Shown piece after piece: positions 52,873 through 61,567 of a stretch of 64,000 nt of DNA (the first letter of the stretch is position 1; the number at the start of each line of letters is the position of its first letter). The stretch comes from Rickettsiaceae bacterium. Its GTDB lineage: Bacteria; Pseudomonadota; Alphaproteobacteria; Rickettsiales; Rickettsiaceae. The stretch is from contig JBGCEV010000002.1 in assembly GCA_045106605.1 (NCBI GenBank), positions 25,996 through 89,995 on the forward strand, in the 5' to 3' direction. Position numbers and translations under genes: made by a program. A model generated the notes under the pieces. It had not been told where the DNA came from. It saw only the letters and a program-made list of their open reading frames with translations, and searched no databases.

Positions 52873-53114
52873 AACCTCTACGAAACAAGCCCCGTGGTAT
52901 CAAGTCGGCTTTAAACCGAGTATAAGCAGCACTTTCCCCATGTCTTCTTTCCCCTGTTGCTCCATATATTTTAATGATTTGTTCGTTCACACCTACTATA
53001 GACACAAAATACCCATCAGCCCCTGTTCTATCAACACCCCAATAGGGCTTTACGCATATATCCAAACTTCCTCTTTAGTAAAAGACCTGTTGTAAAATTG
53101 GTACTGCATAATAC
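52873..53114 (-). mobile_element. IS200/IS605-family tnpA 3' fragment with right-end hairpin remnant (copy A)
   Basis: The minus-strand translation PYWGVDRTGADGYFVSIVGVNEQIIKIY matches the IS200 TnpA C-terminus (..W..GYFVSTVG.NEE.I..YI..Q). About 85% identical by eye to 55014-55254. Truncated at about 53114. Confidence 0.7.
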
Positions 53115-53222
53115 AAACTATAACACAGTCTAAGTTTTCTACTTGTGCAAAGAGAAATTATTCACTATGGTGCCCGATTACATAATTAATGTATTAACAC
53201 AAATTAAGGAATCAGAAATAAG

Positions 53223-54122
53223 ATGACAAAGCGTAACCAGGAAAATGACTCTATTCGTAGCAAGGTCTCAGGTCTCAAAAAACATAAACCAAACTTGAAT
53301 AATGATCGTGCTAATGCTGAGACAGATCTTAGTAAAGCTTTTTTCATCGCTGCAAGCAAAGGCAATCAGGAGGCCATGGAGACTTTGATTACTGCTAAAG
53401 TAGATGTTAACCTTATTTGTCAGGATGTTGAAACAGCGCTAATAATTGCTGCATACAAGGGGCATAAAGATATTGTTGAAACTTTGATTACTGCTAAAGC
53501 AGATGTTAATAAGAGTAATGAAGGAGGCGATACGGCGCTGTTACACGCTGTCTTCATGAATAGTCATATAGATATTGTTAAAACTTTGATTGCTGCTAAA
53601 GCAGATGTTAATCATCATGAGAACAAAAGTACCTCCACAGCGTTGCTATTTGCTGCACGCAGTGATCATAACGATATTGTTAATACTTTGCTTAATGCGA
53701 AAGCATATGTTAACTATCATGAGAACGTAAATGGCAATACAGCGCTGATAGTTGCTGCACGCAGAGGTCATAACTATGTAGTTGAGACTTTGATTAATGC
53801 TGGGGCAAAGGTTAATGAGACTGATAGACATGACAATACAGCGCTGATAGTTGCTGCACGCGGTGGTAATAAAGATATTGTTGAAACTCTGCTTGTTGCT
53901 GGAGCAAAGGTTGAAACTAATGACAATGGCACTGAAGCACTGATAATTGAACCTATTCCTTATCAAGGTATAGCTAACTTACTACACTTATCAGTAAATA
54001 TTGATAACATTTTCTTGTCCTCACAATATGAAGAAATAAGGGATGATATGTTACCCCATCTATTTATAGAAAGGTATAGAACTCTATGGACCAAAGTTGG
54101 TTACGATAACAGCTCAGATTAG
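53223..54122 (+). CDS. Ankyrin-repeat protein (about 6 tandem 33-aa repeats); N-terminal part of a longer frame interrupted by TAG at 54120-54122
   Basis: Repeats of the type TALIIAAYKGHKDIVETLITAKADVN recur with a 99-105 nt DNA period. 299 codons. Confidence 0.85.
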   Translation: MTKRNQENDSIRSKVSGLKKHKPNLNNDRANAETDLSKAFFIAASKGNQEAMETLITAKVDVNLICQDVETALIIAAYKGHKDIVETLITAKADVNKSNEGGDTALLHAVFMNSHIDIVKTLIAAKADVNHHENKSTSTALLFAARSDHNDIVNTLLNAKAYVNYHENVNGNTALIVAARRGHNYVVETLINAGAKVNETDRHDNTALIVAARGGNKDIVETLLVAGAKVETNDNGTEALIIEPIPYQGIANLLHLSVNIDNIFLSSQYEEIRDDMLPHLFIERYRTLWTKVGYDNSSD

Positions 54123-54332
54123 TATATTGAAAAAATCAGGAATAACGTTAAGAATGCTGAGATCAAAGACGGTCTAATCTCTATAATTAAGGAGGGGTCT
54201 CAACAAACAGATATATGCTGTGCTCAGCTGTTTTATACTCTATTTGATGACATAGACCTTGTATCTCCTCTCTATATATTACTCAATCAAGGCAATAAAT
54301 TTAATACACAAAATCAGAAGACTAGAGCACAA

Positions 54333-54920
54333 ATGCAAGCTGTCAAATTGTTATATAAATACATGGGGCATGATATAGATTTTATAAATACATCTAAAGC
54401 TGCAAAAACCGAAGAAAGCAAAGAGAATGACACCCTAACTTTAGACCTAGATGCTGACAGAGCAAAAAATAATACTTATAAACAATTGGAAGAGGAAATA
54501 CATACGGCCAATATAGATATTCTTATGACACAAATCTATGCATTCATAGCAAAAGCATCTAGCATTGATAACTACGCAGGTAAAGAGAGTATTAATTTAA
54601 TAAAAAATCTTAGAAATAATCATGTATTACCTAAAATCCTCGTTACGAGTCTAGATAAAGCTTTAAAAAGCTACAAAGAGTATACTAGCAATCCTGTATC
54701 TGTTTTGACTGATCAAATTCTAATGCAAACTATAATGTCACTCAAGACAAAATCAACACAACAGAAGCTGCAATTAGAACAGCAAGAACAAAGAATAAGC
54801 AAAGTAGAGTCATTACTAGCACAAATGTTAGATCAGAACCAGAATCCAATACATATTGCTGACGATGTAGTAAACATAGTGGGAGATGATCCAGACAGTC
54901 TCTTACAGTCAATTGAGTAA
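54333..54920 (+). CDS. Hypothetical coiled-coil-rich protein; same frame as the upstream ankyrin ORF (probable C-terminal part of the same ancestral gene)
   Basis: 195-aa ORF. The 70 codons between the TAG at 54120 and this ATG are stop-free in the same frame (both starts are multiples of 3). Confidence 0.55.
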   Translation: MQAVKLLYKYMGHDIDFINTSKAAKTEESKENDTLTLDLDADRAKNNTYKQLEEEIHTANIDILMTQIYAFIAKASSIDNYAGKESINLIKNLRNNHVLPKILVTSLDKALKSYKEYTSNPVSVLTDQILMQTIMSLKTKSTQQKLQLEQQEQRISKVESLLAQMLDQNQNPIHIADDVVNIVGDDPDSLLQSIE

Positions 54921-55013
54921 TCGTATAGAGAACTAATCTTTATATGGCAACTCAGCCCGTCAATGGCAAAATCTGTAAATCCTCAAGAATGGAGAAAACC
55001 CAAGTAGTAAGCA

Positions 55014-55545
55014 AACCTCCACGGGGCAAGCCCCGTGGTATCAACACTCCCTCAAGCCGAGTACAAGCAGCACTTTTCCCATGTCTTCTTTCTCCTGTTG
55101 CTCAATATATTTTAATGATTTGTTCGTTAACACCTACCGTAGAAACAAAATATCCATCAGACCATATTCCATCAACACCCAATTAGGCTTTACGCATATA
55201 TTCAAACTTCCTTTTTAGTAAAAGACCTGTTGTAGAATTGATTCTGCATACTACATCACTAATACGCATCTTATAGGTGGAATAGACAAAAGCATATGTA
55301 TGTGATCCTTATCATGGTTAATCTCTAGAAGCACAACTTCTAGCATACCACCGTGAATTACTCCTTTCATCAATTCTCAAAAATAGTTAAAAGACCCTTC
55401 TTGAAATATTTTACGGCGATATCTTGCAACTATCACAATATGGTACTCACATTTATAGGCTCAATGTCCTTATTTTCTTAACTGCATAATACAAAACATG
55501 GAGAGTACAATAGCCACGGGATAAGCTACGTGGCTTTGCGTTTGC
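55014..55545 (-). mobile_element. tnpA: IS200/IS605-family element with degraded tnpA (copy B), both subterminal hairpins present
   Basis: Minus strand reads MQLRK*GH*AYKCEYHIVIVARYRRKIF...LEVVLLEINHDKDHIHMLLSIPP...GYFVSTVGVNEQIIKIY(frameshift)EQQEKEDMG. This carries the IS200 Y1-transposase hallmarks (Y.HIV...KYRR; DH.H.L.S.PP; GYFVSTVG). Hairpins: ccacgggg-caag-ccccgtgg (55019-55038) and gccacg-ggataagcta-cgtggc (55513-55534). Confidence 0.8.
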
Positions 55546-55582
55546 AGAATAAAATTTTAATCTCCGCTGGAAGTACATAATA

Positions 55583-55735
55583 CATTATCACTGAGGGTAG
55601 TGAGGAATATATTTGCGGTGCATGTGGCCGTATACACAAAAAACGCTGCTGACCGAATAACCTCATCTGCTCAGTCTGAAGCAATTTGGCATGAGGCTAC
55701 CCGTGACGTCTTGTTGCCTAAAATTCAAGAACATT
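55583..55735 (+). pseudogene. tnpB: TnpB (IS605 OrfB) C-terminal zinc-ribbon remnant
   Basis: IITEGSEEYICGACGRIHKK..(stop)..LICSV(TGA) then, after a frameshift, HEATRDVLLPKIQ. This follows the TnpB pattern E.YTS..C..CG....K......C..CG....RD.NAA.NI. The second CxxC has its last Cys codon replaced by TGA. Confidence 0.5.
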
Positions 55736-55833
55736 ACTTTTTTATGCAACTAACTTGGCGATACCGGTGTTAACCATATCTCACTTAGGCCACATAAAAT
55801 AGCTCCAGGACCATAGCGCACTTAATGCAGAAT

Positions 55834-56304
55834 TTAATGAACTTTCTGTTCTGCATCATCAGGTTGTTCTGTTATTTTTTTACTGTATAATAGACCAAAG
55901 TCGACTGGGTCAATCATCAGAGGCTGAAAACCACCATCTTGGGTTGCATCTGCAATTATTTTCCTAGCATATGGAAATATAATAGATGGGCAATGTACTG
56001 CTAATAGCATTTGTATACGATCATCTGGAATGTTCAGAAAATGAAAGACTCCTGCATATTTTAAATCTACTAAAAATAAAATCTGGTCTTTTGCTGTTGC
56101 TTTAGCATTGATATCAATTTCTACTTCATAGTAATTGTCTTCTGCTAATTTTTTTACATTCAAATCGAGTGACAAATCAATTTTTGGTGACTTGTCAACA
56201 TTCACAATACTAGCTGGTACATTAGGATTTTCAAACGAAAAATCTTTAATATATTGGGCTTGTACTGCAATATGCGGGTTTGTGTTTGTTTCGTCTGTAC
56301 TCAT
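55834..56304 (-). CDS. secB: Protein-export chaperone SecB
   Basis: [17 protein letters not shown] and the overall SecB pattern. 156 aa. Confidence 0.92.
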   Translation of the reverse strand: MSTDETNTNPHIAVQAQYIKDFSFENPNVPASIVNVDKSPKIDLSLDLNVKKLAEDNYYEVEIDINAKATAKDQILFLVDLKYAGVFHFLNIPDDRIQMLLAVHCPSIIFPYARKIIADATQDGGFQPLMIDPVDFGLLYSKKITEQPDDAEQKVH

Positions 56305-56327
56305 AATTAGCTAATCTCCTTGTTGTT

Positions 56328-56894
56328 CTAGGTTTTAGGCAAGGTAACTCCTCTTTGCCCCATATATTTACCGGCTCTATCAGCGTATGTTGTAATACAT
56401 TTTTCATTACCTTTCAAGAATAGAAATTGGCAAGCCCCTTCTCCTGCATAAATTTTGGCTGGTAAAGGGGTGGTATTAGAAAACTCTAAAGTGACATGTC
56501 CCTCCCAACCCGGCTCCAAAGGTGTAACATTTACTATAATTCCACAACGTGCATAAGTTGATTTACCAACACAAATCACTAACACGTCATCTGGTATTTT
56601 GAAATACTCAATAGTTCTAGCTAAAGCAAAACTGTTTGGAGGAATAATGCATACATCCAATTCTCTATGAATTAAACTATCTTTATCAAAATTCTTTGGA
56701 TCAACTATGGACGTGTTAATATTGGTAAATAGTTTAAATTCATTTGATACTCTAGCATCATAACCATAAGATGACACCCCGTAGGAGATTATTTTATTAC
56801 CTGCTACAGCTTTTACCTGCTTATCTGCAAAAGGTTTTATCATTTCATGGTCAAGGGATTTTTTAATTATCCATTTATCAGACATTATGGTCAT
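56328..56894 (-). CDS. dcd: dCTP deaminase
   Basis: [31 protein letters not shown] and [11 protein letters not shown]. The track start at 56906 is TTG; an ATG at 56894 or 56885 is more likely. Confidence 0.93.
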   Translation of the reverse strand: MTIMSDKWIIKKSLDHEMIKPFADKQVKAVAGNKIISYGVSSYGYDARVSNEFKLFTNINTSIVDPKNFDKDSLIHRELDVCIIPPNSFALARTIEYFKIPDDVLVICVGKSTYARCGIIVNVTPLEPGWEGHVTLEFSNTTPLPAKIYAGEGACQFLFLKGNEKCITTYADRAGKYMGQRGVTLPKT

Positions 56895-57264
56895 AACACA
56901 GCTCAAATATTTATTTTTATATTAACCTAGAACTTAGGATTATTAGTATCTTAATTATCAACTGAGTTGATATCTAAGATTCTTATTTTGTACCACTCAA
57001 ATTTGTAAATATCTACTCTCTAATACAATATTATGTGATAAATTTACAATACACACTATATAATATAATATGCATCTAGATACAATGCTTACAATGTTAT
57101 ATGTGATTGCATTCATAGTATGATATAAAGTTTAGCTGTAAGTGGAAGATGTAATTTAGTTGTATAGATATTGAATATTTTTTTTGTCGTATCTATTCAT
57201 TCTAAATGACAAGAATTTCAGAATTCGCAATAAGAAATATTACAAGTACGAGGATAATGGTAAT

Positions 57265-58581
57265 ATGACCAACCTAAAAAGAATTTTATTGATGTCGGCA
57301 AGTGTATTTGCTTTTACAAATGTTGTAATAGCAGAAGAGGCGAAGAAACCAGAGCAAGTGCCAGTTGTATCAGATTTGGCAGTTAAGCTTTCTGGCTTTG
57401 CCCACTTTCAATCAGCGTACAGAAATCAAAACAAACTAGAAAAAGATGAAAAAAATGTGTCTGCTAATAAGAAAAATTTCGCTTTCTATAGTCAAGCGGC
57501 ATTGGTAGCAAACATCTCGAATCAAGTAGATGAAATAACATACGGCGGTAGAATCGTCTTAGTTCCTACCACGAAGGCAAAGGGTGGTACTAGCTACAAT
57601 GGTTCGCATATATACCTTGAAAGTGAATTTGGTAAAGTAGAAGCGGGGTCACCTTCTCTTCCTTCTCAGACAATGAGTATAGGGGCAGGAGATATCACCG
57701 CAGCTTCCTTAACTGATTTTAGCAGTTATGCAAAATTTGATACGGATTATTTAACACAAAGAGGTGTATCACCTACTTTTGCAACCAGTACAGATTTTTT
57801 CCTAGATAGTGCACTTAATACAACTCTTGATAGCAAAAAATATAGTAGTGAGCCTTCTAGATCCGTAGTTTACTATACTCCCAAATTTGATTTAGGTAGC
57901 TCAACAAAAATACAGGTAGGTATTTCTTATACTCCAGACTCAAGTAACACCGGAGCTGACAAAGCGAGTACAAAAGGAAGCGGCGTAACTGAAAAAATTA
58001 TAGACCATGGTGGAGTGTATAAATTCAAGATGGATCGCAGTGTAACAGATGCATTCACTGGTGGTATCTGTATAGAGCAGAATTTCTCCGATGGTGTAGA
58101 TCTAAAAGTAGCTTTAACAGGAGAGTATGGTAAGTCTGCAGGTAGCGCGCAAAAATTTGCAGCAAAGGATGATACTGATCCTACTAAAACATTTAAACTA
58201 AGCGATTTAAAGGCTTACAGTGTTGGAGCTGTGCTAAATGTCGGCAATATCTCTTATGCTGGATCTTATGGTAGTTTAGGAAATAGTTTAACAACTCCTG
58301 AATTACACAAAACTGGTCGTAAGACAGAATATTATACTGGTGCGGTAGCTTATAAACAAGGCCCGTTTACTGCTTCTGCCGGGTATTTTAAATCTTTCCA
58401 ATTCAAAAATACTGTTGATGCTGTTTCACTTGGGACGAGCTATAAATTAGCACCTGGGTTCAAGCCTTATGCTTCTATTACAGGCTACACAGCAAAAGGA
58501 GCACCAGTATGCTTTCCAGATTTAGACAAGAAAACCACTCGTGGCACAGTTTTTGTTTTAGGCGCAAAAATGAGCCTATAA
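57265..58581 (+). CDS. Porin-like outer-membrane beta-barrel protein
   Basis: Signal peptide MTNLKRILLMSASVFAFTNVVIA, then a long alternating beta-strand pattern rich in G/Y/S/T, about 410 mature residues. Start moved to the ATG at 57265. Followed by a strong terminator. Confidence 0.65.
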   Translation: MTNLKRILLMSASVFAFTNVVIAEEAKKPEQVPVVSDLAVKLSGFAHFQSAYRNQNKLEKDEKNVSANKKNFAFYSQAALVANISNQVDEITYGGRIVLVPTTKAKGGTSYNGSHIYLESEFGKVEAGSPSLPSQTMSIGAGDITAASLTDFSSYAKFDTDYLTQRGVSPTFATSTDFFLDSALNTTLDSKKYSSEPSRSVVYYTPKFDLGSSTKIQVGISYTPDSSNTGADKASTKGSGVTEKIIDHGGVYKFKMDRSVTDAFTGGICIEQNFSDGVDLKVALTGEYGKSAGSAQKFAAKDDTDPTKTFKLSDLKAYSVGAVLNVGNISYAGSYGSLGNSLTTPELHKTGRKTEYYTGAVAYKQGPFTASAGYFKSFQFKNTVDAVSLGTSYKLAPGFKPYASITGYTAKGAPVCFPDLDKKTTRGTVFVLGAKMSL

Positions 58582-58603
58582 GCACATAAGCTTAATGATT
58601 AAG

Positions 58604-58648
58604 AAGGAGCGGTCATAATTGTTATTATGACCGCTCCTTTTTTGTTTT
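58604..58648 (+). terminator. Rho-independent terminator downstream of the porin-like gene
   Basis: Perfect 16-bp stem aaggagcggtcataat / attatgaccgctcctt (58604-58619 / 58624-58639), 4-nt loop tgtt, then a T-rich run. Confidence 0.9.
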
Positions 58649-58703
58649 ACTTCTACCTAGTAATTGTATATCATTTACAATTACTAAACGATAGCTATTT
58701 ATT

Positions 58704-59171
58704 ATGGACCTAATATTTAATAAGTACAGATCAAGTAATAATTTTTGTTCTTATTATATGAGTATTATACTTTTTGTAATAAGTGTTTCCTTTCATTGCC
58801 AGGCTGAAATCCCGGTTATCGATACTATATACAATGATAATAACTCACAATATTTCAATAATTCTCTTATCAAGCATCAACATGCTAGGCTAATTATCCT
58901 AAATAAAATCACTGCTAAATCTTTTGAACAATTATTGACAATAGGGCGCAAGCAATATATCGGTAATTTATCAATTGAGGTACATGCATGCATCAAAAAT
59001 ATTGATCCTTTTGACCGTAATAATTTAATATCCCTTACGGTAATTGATAATAAGATTGAAGACGAAAATATATTAATATTTCAAGGGTGGCTTGTATCAT
59101 CTGACCCTTCTTTATCCACTATTGAACATCCTGTATATGAAATCATAGCTCAAGACTGTTTAACTTATTAA
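58704..59171 (+). CDS. DUF2155-domain protein (periplasmic, alphaproteobacterial)
   Basis: ARLIILNKITAKSFEQLLTIGRKQYIGNLSIEVHACIKN matches the DUF2155 pattern (L.KVT.r...f...vG....fG.L.i....C). Likely signal peptide from the internal Met (MSIILFVISVSFHCQA, start about 58758). Confidence 0.7.
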   Translation: MDLIFNKYRSSNNFCSYYMSIILFVISVSFHCQAEIPVIDTIYNDNNSQYFNNSLIKHQHARLIILNKITAKSFEQLLTIGRKQYIGNLSIEVHACIKNIDPFDRNNLISLTVIDNKIEDENILIFQGWLVSSDPSLSTIEHPVYEIIAQDCLTY

Positions 59172-59194
59172 CTAGAACAATATACGTAAACTAT

Positions 59195-60394
59195 ATGCAT
59201 AATGTTATTCCAATTCTAACTTTTTTAACTATTAATATTGGGGTAATGGGTGGCTTATCTGCAGCAGCTACCATACCTATATTTCTATTAACTTCACTTT
59301 ACCTAATAAAAGACTCCATAAGGTTTGAATGCAAGAATATAAAGCTAGAGTTAGTGTTTTTTATATGGCTGTTTATCAGTAGTTTTTGGTCTGCAGATAT
59401 ATACAAAAGTTTGACGGCATTTTCTATTGTATTAATTTTATTTTTTACAACATATCTTTTAATAAACAACATAAATATATTATCAACTAAATTTTCTTTA
59501 ACCAACAATACCCTGATAATTATTTTGACAATGGCAATGATAATTTTTCTTTTTGAATTTTTAAGCGACGGTTATATCAACTCACTATTTAGAAGGGAGA
59601 TTCAACAAAAGGATTCTCATGAATTTTATTTACATTATCTAAATCGTGGCTGCTCCTTACTATCATTATTCGCATGGTTTGTCCTAGCCGCCCTATTAAG
59701 AAAGAAAAAATATGTACTTTCTGCATTAATATATATTGTCTTGTTATTTGTTTTTGCTATATCAGATAGTTTGGCCTCCTTTGTTGGTTTTATAGCTGCG
59801 GGTTTAGTATTTATTGCAACTAGATACTCATTTTTATCTAACCCTAAACTAATTTCTGTTGTATTAATCATCAGTTCTCTTGCCTTTATCAGCCTCACCT
59901 TTTTAATGGACCCTTATAAAACATCAAATCAAAATAGTTTTTTACCATGTTCTGCCAAGCACCGATTATTTATTTGGAGCTTTACCGCAGGTAAAATCGC
60001 TGAAAAACCTATAGCTGGTTGGGGGCATGGGTCGTCTAGAATGTTTCAAATACCTGAAAATAATATAATCACTTATGAAGGCTATACTTTTCACCCGTTA
60101 CCCATTCACCCTCATAACAATTTGTCACAAATTTTACTAGAAAACGGAATTATTGGTCTATTTCTTTACGGAGCTTTAATTATTAAATATATTTTCGCCT
60201 GGCATAAATATACAAAATCAAAATCTAGTGCATTACTCAATATTAGATCAGCCGGTTATGCATTTTTCGTCAGTTTTTTTGTGATTTCATTAATTGCATT
60301 TAATATGTGGCAGAGTTGGTGGCTTTGCAGTTATTTATGGGTCGCCTTACTGTTTTGCAACATAGCTACAAAAGAAAAATCATCTATCGAATAA
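59195..60394 (+). CDS. O-antigen ligase (Wzy_C/RfaL) family membrane protein
   Basis: Polytopic 399-aa protein with a periplasmic loop motif HPHNNLSQILLENGIIGLFLY. Confidence 0.85.
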   Translation: MHNVIPILTFLTINIGVMGGLSAAATIPIFLLTSLYLIKDSIRFECKNIKLELVFFIWLFISSFWSADIYKSLTAFSIVLILFFTTYLLINNINILSTKFSLTNNTLIIILTMAMIIFLFEFLSDGYINSLFRREIQQKDSHEFYLHYLNRGCSLLSLFAWFVLAALLRKKKYVLSALIYIVLLFVFAISDSLASFVGFIAAGLVFIATRYSFLSNPKLISVVLIISSLAFISLTFLMDPYKTSNQNSFLPCSAKHRLFIWSFTAGKIAEKPIAGWGHGSSRMFQIPENNIITYEGYTFHPLPIHPHNNLSQILLENGIIGLFLYGALIIKYIFAWHKYTKSKSSALLNIRSAGYAFFVSFFVISLIAFNMWQSWWLCSYLWVALLFCNIATKEKSSIE

Positions 60395-60420
60395 AGCTTT
60401 ATTATTATACAAGCGCAGAA

Positions 60421-60588
60421 CTACATGGATTTCTCTTTTATGATGTGTAATACTAAAATATCAAAGGATAGCTCAGCAAGATCATCCCACTCATCACTTC
60501 CTCTTGCCAAACCGACACAAGTAAATGATTTAAGTTGGTTAATTATAAATTCTTGAAAATTTAAAATAATTTCTGTTATATCAATCAT
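60421..60588 (-). CDS. Small hypothetical protein (55 aa) translationally coupled to the CPCC gene
   Basis: The ATG at 60588 overlaps the CPCC stop (ATGATTGA). Acidic (GSDEWDDLAELSFD). The longer 91-aa track ORF overlaps the CPCC gene and is less likely. Confidence 0.35.
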   Translation of the reverse strand: MIDITEIILNFQEFIINQLKSFTCVGLARGSDEWDDLAELSFDILVLHIIKEKSM

Positions 60589-60796
60589 AATTTTCCCATT
60601 GTCTTTTATAGTCATTACGTGATAGATCATTAGCCCCACCCGAAAAATCAGGATCATCATCTTGTACGTTGTCATCCTCCCATCTGAATTTGTCACAGAT
60701 CAAATATGACCCCGGAAACTCTTCAGAGTAAAACGATATATTATTACAAATAGGACATAGTATATCTTTTTGTCCTTTGACACGATAAAATATCAT
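60581..60796 (-). CDS. Cysteine-rich CPCC-family protein (second Cys pair degenerate)
   Basis: ILCPICNN...SYLICDKFRWEDDNVQDDDPDFSGGANDLS follows the CPCC-domain pattern CPCCG...ICPVC.WEDD..Q...PD..GGAN..SL. Here the second CxxC reads CDKF. Confidence 0.6.
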   Translation of the reverse strand: MIFYRVKGQKDILCPICNNISFYSEEFPGSYLICDKFRWEDDNVQDDDPDFSGGANDLSRNDYKRQWENYD

Positions 60797-60832
60797 GTTA
60801 GTTACCTCCTGCTATTAAATTGAAAAACAACT

Positions 60833-61129
60833 TCACCATTTTTTCTTTTGTGTACCATAGTATTTTGGGGTGAAGAAATGATAATTTTTTTCCTCCTCGA
60901 CATATTGCTTATAATTAGAAATATTAGAAAAACGTTTACGCTGATTTTTATAATGTATGTATGCATTCTCAACGATGCTGTAGCTGGTTTTGTAGATCAA
61001 TAGCGTAATCAGTTTTGGTATTTTAGAGCTGGTGTTTGTAATAGTGCGTCGATTATTTTTTGAACACCACGCTTGGTTGTTGTAGGTGCTTGCCGAACCT
61101 ATTGACGGCGGCATTAGTTGGTTTGGCAA
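60833..61129 (-). CDS. Hypothetical protein (possibly a gene remnant)
   Basis: 98-codon ORF with no recognisable motif; lies in a decayed region. Confidence 0.3.
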   Translation of the reverse strand: MPNQLMPPSIGSASTYNNQAWCSKNNRRTITNTSSKIPKLITLLIYKTSYSIVENAYIHYKNQRKRFSNISNYKQYVEEEKNYHFFTPKYYGTQKKKW

Positions 61130-61567
61130 AGCTGCTAATTAGTTTATTGTCTGGTATTTTAGTATTAGCAAAGATTTCTTGCTCGATAAATGTTGCAGTT
61201 CTGCTTTTTTGACTACCTTACTGCCTTTCTGCCACGTGTTAGATTCTTACGCTACCTTAGCCCCTTGAACTGCCCTAGTGCCGATTTTGATAACCAGGTC
61301 AGCCTCACCGGTAGCGAATAAATATAATATTTTCTAAGATTTCCTTATGTCTAGAGGTGAAGATATTAGTCGGTACTCTATTGAACTAACCTTGTACTAT
61401 TGCTCCTTTTGTTAAAGTTGACTGGTTTAAATATATTGCTTGCTCTAGCTACTGCCTACTCTTGAGCATTCTTGGCAAAATTCTCTATAGCTGGGCGAAT
61501 TCTCTAGCTTCCTGTCAGAATCACTCATTCCGGCAATCTTGACCATTTAACTTCACAGTGGCCAAAA

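Noticed and set aside
52868-53065. 65-aa ORF on the minus strand, and the 80-aa plus-strand ORF at 54944-55186, as possible small genes.
   Set aside because: The first is the C-terminal fragment of a degraded IS200 TnpA. The second is antisense to the copy-B remnant. Neither is an independent gene.
52873-53114. The repeat family (also at 6011-6178 and 55014-55254) first looked like group II intron 3' ends (domain V/VI) or rickettsial palindromic elements.
   Set aside because: I could not fold a canonical 34-nt domain V. The adjacent coding remnants carry IS200 Y1-transposase motifs (YHIV..KYRR, DHIHMLLSIPP, GYFVSTVG), not reverse-transcriptase motifs.
53400-53950. Regular 99-105 bp DNA periodicity (gatattgttgaaactttgattactgctaaagcagatgttaat...) resembling a repeat array or CRISPR.
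   Set aside because: The period equals one 33-35-aa ankyrin repeat inside an open reading frame. There are no unique spacers between short identical repeats.
53646-53966. 106-aa minus-strand ORF inside the ankyrin gene.
   Set aside because: It is an antisense shadow of the repetitive ankyrin coding sequence with no independent signal.
2021-54122. Two in-frame TAG codons (virD4 at 2021-2023, ankyrin gene at 54120-54122) suggested TAG reassignment or programmed readthrough.
   Set aside because: TAG is used as an ordinary terminator at positions matching full-length proteins, for example the true virD4 end at 3159-3161 and the vWA/CaaX gene stop at 21163-21165. Simple nonsense mutations or sequence errors are more parsimonious.
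60589-60696. The longer 91-aa version of ORF 60421-60696.
   Set aside because: Its first 36 codons overlap the CPCC gene in another frame. The internal ATG at 60588, overlapping the CPCC stop, gives a more plausible coupled 55-aa product.
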